Below are positions 52,930-60,288 of a DNA stretch of 60,288 nucleotides, piece by piece. The DNA is from Octopus bimaculoides (Eukaryota). Numbering within the stretch: the first letter of the stretch is position 1; the number at the start of each line of letters is the position of its first letter. The notes beneath the pieces were generated by a model. It ran no database searches. It saw only the letters and a list, made by a program, of their open reading frames with translations, and had not been told where the DNA came from. Location of the stretch: positions 44,584,571-44,644,858 of the forward strand of contig NC_068988.1 of NCBI RefSeq assembly GCF_001194135.2. Direction: 5' to 3'. A program made the position numbers and the translations under genes.

Positions 52930-53160
52930 AGTGTATTAAATTGATGGATTGCCAACTTAATGAGTTTAATGCCACTGCAGGAATTTCACAGTTTATTCAA
53001 GAAATCCCGCTTTACATCTTGGAATTGTATGAAGTCCATTTCAGCATCATGTCTGGGATATATACTGGTTATTCTGAGAGAGTCTCCTCTATCTGATGGC
53101 ATCCTAATTAAGGAACATTTAGTCCTTACCCACTTAATGTCATGAAACTGGAGTTAAACA
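52930..53160 (-). mobile_element. Highly decayed RTE LINE 3' fragment
   Basis: KWV....IRMPSDR...FQDVKRDFLNKL...LSWQSI resembles RWxGHVIRMPDDR...FKDxLK...WR. Confidence 0.45.
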
Positions 53161-53879
53161 CCATCGCATGTGAAGTCTTTTGTAGTTTCGGTGACATTGA
53201 GAGATATAGAATATGAAGGCTCTTTAACTGGAAGAACTAAAGCTAACAACAACAACAACAACAGTAATAGTAATAACAGTAACATCAACAACAACTGTAA
53301 CAACATCAATAAGCTTAACTGGAGAATATTAAAACATGTTAATGTGGCACCTGAGTGTAATTAGAGTACTCACCTGTCAAAAGGTGCAAGCATAAAACTA
53401 CACTAATTTGCAAAAACCAATTAATTATGTTTCAATTTCTGGTAATACAAAGAAATAATTATAAAATTTTCACTTCAGCAACAAAATGAAATAAAATAAA
53501 GATGAAATAAAATAAAATAATAGTTACAACAAATAATCACAACAACAACAACAACGACAACAAACAACCAAAGATGTAATGAATAATAAAGTATAGCACA
53601 ACAATGATAGTAAATATGAGTCACAAAATGAAATGTGTTTAATTGTTTTCATGTAAGATGTCTGGTTTTATTGTGGAAATAAGAGCTGCTGCTGCTGCTG
53701 CTGCTGCTGTTGTTGTTGTTGTTGTTGTTGTTGTTGTAGTTGTTTATATTTCTGTTACTGCTGGTGCGATTGTAGCTACAGTCGTGTTTGTCTCATTTGA
53801 TTGTAAGTTTGTTGCTATAGACTATATTGCTGTTGTTGACGATGACGATGATGATGATGATAATTAACAATTGATGTGT

Positions 53880-54110
53880 AACTTCAGTTAGACCCGATCT
53901 AGAAGATATCTAATCAAAGGCAGTCCAGCCGTGACCACCATCCTATCTTCTTTTTCTTTAGAATGTCTACTGCATGCTCCCCCCCCCATAACCCTATTCT
54001 TTTATTTAACAAACCCCCCCCCCAAAAAAAAATAGCTGGTTGCAACTTGAGTGAGACGTAGCTGCTATTTCTAACAGCTCAACCAGCCATGCAGATGTTC
54101 TTTGTTGCTG
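53880..54110 (+). repeat. Dispersed repeat family D (SINE-like)
   Basis: Recurring blocks (cag)ccgtgaccatccc...(g)agatttggctgctatttctagcag, also near 10490-10670, 35215-35330, 41820-42030, 42470-42640, 54955-55080, 55655-56050 and 59520-59600 (-). Confidence 0.6.
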
Positions 54111-54374
54111 TTGTAACTTTAGAAGCATTACAATTATTTTTGCATGGATCAGGTCTGGAAAATTTGTTCAATCATCAAAGAATCTTGTGGTATTCATTCT
54201 GATTCTTTACATTCAGTGTTCAAATCCCATTAAAGTTAATCTGACCTTTCATTTTTTGAGGGTCAATGAAACAAATTACTAGTTAATTACTGGGGTTGAT
54301 TTCACTAATTAACACATACCACTTAATTTGTTGCCTTGCTCCTATGACATGTACAATTCTTTGTATATGGATAT

Positions 54375-54812
54375 ACTCTTTTACTCTTTTTACTCTTTTA
54401 CTCTTTTTACTCTTTTACTTGTTTCAGTCGTTTGACTGTGGCCGTGCTGGAGCACCGCCTTTTAGTCGAGCTAATCGACCTCAGGACTTATTCTTTGGAA
54501 GCCTAGTACTTATTCTATCAGTCTCTTTAGCCGAACCGCTAAGTTACGGGGATGTAAACACACCAGTATCAGTTGTCAAGTGATTTTGGGGGGACAAACA
54601 CAGGCACACAAACATATACACACACTTACATATATATATATACATATATACGATGGGCTTCTTTCAGTTTCCCTCTACCAAATCCACTCACAAGGCTTTG
54701 GTCGACCCGAAGCTATAGTAGAAGACACTTGCCCAAGGTGCCATACAGTGGGACTGAATCCGGAACCATGTGGTTGGTAAGCAAGCTACTTACTACACAG
54801 CCACTCCTACGC
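54375..54812 (-). mobile_element. tRNA-derived SINE family A, well-preserved copy
   Basis: Head gcgtaggagtggctgtgtagt (A box) ...ggattcagtccc (B box), internal microsatellite, (taaaagag)n tail. Many related copies in the window. Confidence 0.85.
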
Positions 54813-55091
54813 TGTATGGCAATAATGGTTGACAAAATAGCTTTGCAGTATTTAGTTAGGTCTAAGTTCTGAGTTCAAATCTCATTTGGTTGGATTGTCT
54901 TCGCCTTTCATCTTTCTGGAGCCAATAAAGTAAATACCAGTTGTTGATTTTGTTGTTTAACCCCAGGTTATCTCTAAACAAATAGACCCACTATCAAAGG
55001 CAACTCTACAGTGACCATCCCATTGATTTTCTATGTAGAGGGAACCTGGTATAAATATATCCAATATTTCCTTTTTTTAAGACAATTTTTA

Positions 55092-55307
55092 TCTTTTACT
55101 TTTTGTTTGTTTTGGCCATTAGACTGCGGTCATGCTGGGGCACTACCATAAAGAATTTTAGTTGAATTAATCAACCCCAGTACTTAGTCTCTTTTTAAGC
55201 CTGGTATGTATTCTATCAGTCTCCTTTGCTAAGCTGCTAAGTTACAGGAATGTAGGCACACCAACACTAGTTGTCAAGCAGTGGTGGGTAACAAATGCAG
55301 ACACAAA

Positions 55308-55348
<41 letters not shown>

Positions 55349-55502
55349 GTTTCTTTCAGTTTCCGTCTACCAAATCCATTCATAAGGCATTGGTCGGTTT
55401 GAGGCTATAATAGAATACACTTGCCCAAAGTGCTATGCAGTGGGACTGAACCCAGAACCATTTGGTTGTGAAGCAAGCTTCTTACCACACAGCCACACCT
55501 GC
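55092..55502 (-). mobile_element. SINE family A
   Basis: Colinear with 54375-54812, with an internal (CA)n. Confidence 0.85.
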
Positions 55503-56235
55503 ATCTATTGAGTGAGACTTAGCTGTTATTTCTAGTAGACTGTACAACTATGCAGGCGCCTCCTTATTAGTTCATGTAGATATTAGTTATTTGATGAGGC
55601 GTATCTAATCAACTGTACACCACCTCCCAAGTTTTATATCTTGTTATTGTTTAACCCTAGCCAGCCCTGAGCAAGCAAACCTATGATTAAAGGAATTCTA
55701 ACCATGACCATCCCATATGTTTTCACGAGTAGTATGTCAAGGACTATATTATTCAATGTGTTTCTTTTTTCAAGTTGAAGAGGTGTGATCTAATGGAGAT
55801 TTAGCATCTATATTGGGAAGGTCAAGCTTCATCATTGGGGCCCAGTTGCTGGCTTGTTGCTATTGTTTAGCCCCAGGCCAGGTCTGATGAACAGATCTAT
55901 GCTTAAAGATATCCCAGCCATGACATCCTGTCTTTCTATAGATAAGGGACTACATTTCCAATGTATCAATCTTTAGATGGTTGAGTTTAATTTGAGGGAG
56001 ATTTGGCTACTATTCTTTGTGAATACAGGGATTGTGTTGGGTCTCCCTCATTGGCTTAATATAAATGTTGTCATTGTTATTGTTGTGATTTGTTGTGGTT
56101 GCTGTTGTTGTTGTTGTTAGTGTTGTTGATGTTATGTAAGTAGTTACTGTTCTATTAATATACATGTAATTTGTTGCTGCTACTGGTGCAGCAGCTACAT
56201 CAATGCTGTTCTTGGTGTTACTGTTGTTGACGGTA

Positions 56236-56267
<32 letters not shown>

Positions 56268-56733
56268 GTCAAGATGAAGAGCGCGATTCGATTGTAAGAT
56301 ATTATTATTATTATAAGTGGTGTGCTGGTAGAATCATTAGCATGCTGGGCAAAATGCTCCATGGCATTTTGTCCATCATTATGTTCTGAGTTCAAATTCT
56401 GCTGAGGTTGATTTTGTATTTCTTTCTTTGGAGGCAATAAAATAAAATAAGCACCAGTAGAGCACTGGAGGGTCGATGTAATTGCCTTACCCCCTGCTCC
56501 AAAATTGCTGGCCTTGTGCTTTTAGTAAAAAAGGATTACCATCATCATCATCATCATCATTAGCTGGGAAAAATGCTGTCTTTACATTCTGAGTTCAAAT
56601 TCCACCGAGGTCAACATTGCCTTTCATCCTTTGGTCAATAAAATAAGTGCCAGTTAAAAACTGAGGGTCGATGTAATTGACTCATCCTCTCTGCCCAAAA
56701 ATTGCTGCCCCTGTCACAAAATTTGAAACCATT

Positions 56734-57036
56734 TGGCACGTGAAAAACATTCGAGCGAGTTCGTTGCCAGTACTGCTGGACTGGCTCCTGTGCAGGTGGC
56801 ACGTAAAATACACCATTTCGAGTGTGGCCCTTGCCAGTACCTCCTGACTAGCCTTCGTGCTGGTGGCACGTAAAAACAGCTACTACACTCTCGGAGTGGT
56901 TGGCGTTAGGAAGGGCATCCAGCTGTAGAAACTCTGCCAAATCAGATTGGAGCCTGGTGTAGTCATCTGGTTCGCCAGTCTTCTGTCAAATCGTCCAACC
57001 CATGCTAGCATGGAAAGCGAACGTTAAACGATGATG
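56734..57036 (+). mobile_element. SINE family C, RTE-like 3' tail ending in (GAT)n
   Basis: Internal repeats of tggcacgtaaa..., then ggaagggcatccagctgtagaaactctgcc...ccaacccatgctagcatggaaag..cgttaaacgatgatg. Other copies at 836-1165 (-), 6500-6625 (-), 20863-21169, 21620-21790, 25190-25455, 37705-37960 (-) and 47951-48412 (-). Confidence 0.8.
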
Positions 57037-57103
57037 GTGATTATTATTATTGATATTATTATTATCCTTATTAGTGGTGGTAGTAGTTGTAGTTGTAGTA
57101 GTA

Positions 57104-57146
<43 letters not shown>

Positions 57147-57918
57147 AAGTAGCAGCAACAGCATGAGTAGTAGTAGCAATAGGACTAGTTTCTGCATCAG
57201 TGCTGATTGTATTGCTACTGATGATAAAGGGAGTAACGTTAATTACAATGGTTGTTGTTGTTGTTGTTTTTGTCGTTGTTGCCTGTCAATGGTGGGACAC
57301 ATGCGTTTATTGTTGACGACGTTGTTGTTGTCATTACATATGTTGTTCGTATTGCAGTTGTTGCTATAGTCGTTGTTTTACTAATGTCTCTGCTGTTATT
57401 GTTGTTGTTGTTGTTGTCGTCGTCGTTTTCTTTTCATTAAAGGTTATTGTTCTTGAAGTTACTGTTATTTACTACCTTTATCAACCTTGCAGTCATTGCT
57501 GCTACTGCTGCTGCTGTCGTTGTTGTTGTTGTTGCTTGCTTTATCAACTGTAATCGTTATCTAATAGTTTCCGATAGTGAATGAAATTAATTAGCAACAG
57601 TAACAACGTCAACAAAACAACAACAACAACAACAAACAAAGCAAAAACAAAACAGAACAAAACTAACAAACAAAACAAACTTAACTAAATAAATAAATAA
57701 ATAAAGCGATAAACATCCCACAATAAAAAGCTACAAAGCTACGAATAAAAATGCTCTTTCTGCCTCAAAATAATGTTGCTAGTGGTTTAGCCCGCCCTCC
57801 CATCCTTTCCACTACTATTCATGGTTTTTCCTCCTCTCACCCTACCCCCCACACAACCGACGACACCTCAGTAACTTAGCTTGTTAATTAAACACTAATG
57901 TCAGATACAGTAACTTGC

Positions 57919-57949
57919 CTTCATCAATTTCTAAGTGGCGCCTTAAAAG
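57919..57949 (-). CDS. Candidate 31-nt microexon with GC donor (LLRRHLEIDE)
   Basis: Minus strand aacttaatctttacag|CTTTTAAGGCGCCACTTAGAAATTGATGAAG|gcaagt. Only phase 0 is open. Confidence 0.3.
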
Positions 57950-58169
57950 CTGTAAAGATTAAGTTGGTTTAGATCCCCCCACCACCTTGTTCACACACAC
58001 ACACACTCACACACACGCACACACACGGACATACATTCGTGTGTGTTGATGCATATTTTTCCATGTGCGTGTGTGCATGCATGCTTGTGTTACTATGCTC
58101 ATACAAACACGTCCATATATTCAAATACCTATTCTGCACATATGCTTACACATTCATACATATACACAG

Positions 58170-58207
<38 letters not shown>

Positions 58208-58341
58208 GTTATATTATATTATATTATATACACATACACACATACACACACACACACACACACACATACACACAAGTCATATATGGCTTACAAATAGATA
58301 AAGATACTATCACACATTTACACTCATATATGTTCTAGAAT

Positions 58342-58385
<44 letters not shown>

Positions 58386-58818
58386 TGTTTGTGTGTGTCT
58401 GTGTGTGTCTGTGTGTAAGTGTGTATGTATGAAAAGAATTACAAGAGAAAACTGATAAAGGTTCTGTCTATATATAGAAAGTTATTCAAAGTGTGTTAGT
58501 TGCATGTGTGCGTGTGCGTATGTATGTGTGTGTGTGTGTGTATGTGCATATGTGAGTGTGTGTGTGGTGTGATTAATTTATTTTGATCAGAGCGAAATTA
58601 TGAAACTAAATGAAGAGATTGATTTGATAACAGTTAATTAGAGTTGGATTGGTTAAAAGAAAAAAGAAGGTGTGATTGATATGACGACGAGGGAAAGAAA
58701 AACAAGAATGAAATGGAAACAAACAAGAACAACAACAACAACATGACTGCAGTCAACAACAACACAATATCCAGCAACAAAAACAACAGCTGCAGTAACA
58801 ATAATAATAATAATAATG

Positions 58819-58870
<52 letters not shown>

Positions 58871-59064
58871 TGATGATGACAACAACAGCAATGAAACTGA
58901 AACCAACAGTATCGACAATAGCAATAATATCAACAACGTCAACAAGACGAGCCTTCTAGAAATCCATTATAAAGGTTGCTTGAATTCCTAGAAAGAGCAA
59001 TCAAATGCCTCTCGGATAATGTAGCTTATTAAAAGAAAAGAAAAGAAGTGACAGGGTAAAGAGC

Positions 59065-59485
59065 ATGTGTGGTAAAGAGCATGATTCTCGGTCACATGGT
59101 TCTGGGTTCAGTCCCATTGTGTGGCATCTTGTGTTGGCCAAAGCCTTGCAAGTAGATTTGTTAACGGAAACTTAAAGAATCTTGTTGTATATGTGTGTGT
59201 GTGTGTGTGTGTGTGCGTGTGTGTGTGTGTGCATGTGTGTGTGTGTGTGCATACGGGCATGTGTGCATGTGTGTTTGTGTCTGTGTTTGTCCCCGGCCAA
59301 TGCCTGACAACTGGTACTGGTGTGTTTATGTCCTTCTAACTTAGCAGTTCAGCAAAACGGACTGATAGAATAAGTACCAGGCTTTAAAAATTATTAAGTA
59401 CTGGGGTCAATTCAGTTGACTAAAAATTCTACAAGGTGGTGCTCCAGCATGGCCACAGTGTAACGATTGAAACAAGTAAAATATA
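59065..59485 (+). mobile_element. SINE family A
   Basis: ggttctgggttcagtccc B box, internal (TG)n, tgaaacaagtaaaa tail. Confidence 0.8.
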
Positions 59486-59839
59486 AATAAATAAATAAGA
59501 ATGCTAAAACATCAATAAAGATGATATAGGGAAGACTAGACCACCTTTGATCATAGGTCTGCTTGATCAGAGTTGACCTGGGGCTAAACGACAACACCAC
59601 TATGATATGGATGATCACATTATAAACCTATAATAATATAGCCTGTTGTAGCCATTCAAACTAATGCGTTGTTATGAGTCACCAAATCTTGAATGATGTA
59701 TTCCTTCCAGAAATTAAGACAGAATTGTGTCATTTACATTCGAAATCATAAAACAGCATGTAATCTATTAATGGTCATATGGCCTTGTCAAATCCCATAA
59801 TTAATTAATAAATTATGAACCAAAACTGATGAGGTATTT

Positions 59840-59942
59840 ATATCTATCTGTCTGCCTGTCTGTCTGCCTGTCTGTATGCCTGTCTGTCTGCTGCTTGTCT
59901 GTCTGTCTCTGTCTGTCTGTCTCTCTCTCTCTCTCTCGATCA

Positions 59943-59993
<51 letters not shown>

Positions 59994-59995
59994 AT

Positions 59996-60034
<39 letters not shown>

Positions 60035-60234
60035 GTCTGTCTATCTGTCTATGTGTCTATCTATCAATCAATCAATCTATCATTCTATCTACCTGTTTAT
60101 CTATTAATCTGTTTGTATATCGGTCTGTCTCTATCTATCAATCAATCTATGTATCTATCTATTTGACTTTATCTTTCTGTCTATCTATCTATCTATATGT
60201 TGTTTGTTTGTATATATGTATGTATGTTTGTATG

Positions 60235-60288
<54 letters not shown>
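59840..60288. repeat. (TCTG)n/(TCTA)n/(CA)n compound microsatellite
   Basis: Direct inspection. Confidence 0.95.

Noticed and set aside
53129-53230. Minus-strand exon-like block with good AG and GT sites
   Set aside because: Its donor is only 26 nt from the next AG, and the continuing frame matches a decayed RTE LINE C-terminus.
56734-56890. Short repeated units (tggcacgtaaa...) that could suggest a CRISPR-like array
   Set aside because: Internal repeats of SINE family C, shared among dispersed copies; eukaryotic context and no cas genes.

Overview
AT-rich eukaryotic DNA with very many microsatellites and more than a dozen N gaps. The SINE families and (CA)n/(TA)n/(GATA)n/(CAT)n load resemble an Octopus (coleoid cephalopod) short-read assembly; this is recognition from memory, not a database search. 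No long protein-coding gene is recognisable, and almost all ORF-track entries are microsatellite or gap translations. The window is mostly intronic or intergenic: several SINE families, decayed RTE LINE ends, Penelope-like remnants, four Tc1/mariner lineages (two DD34D-type mariners, DD41D, DD37D) and several MITEs or fold-backs. The standout is a 357-bp tandem repeat at about 6630-7292 in which each unit carries a type I hammerhead ribozyme fold on the minus strand, the architecture of a non-LTR retrozyme. Further degenerate hammerhead-like motifs lie in Penelope-type repeats nearby. A few weakly supported candidate exons are reported, including three phase-compatible plus-strand exons that would encode a 43-aa ORF. 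All alignments, folds and identities were done by eye.
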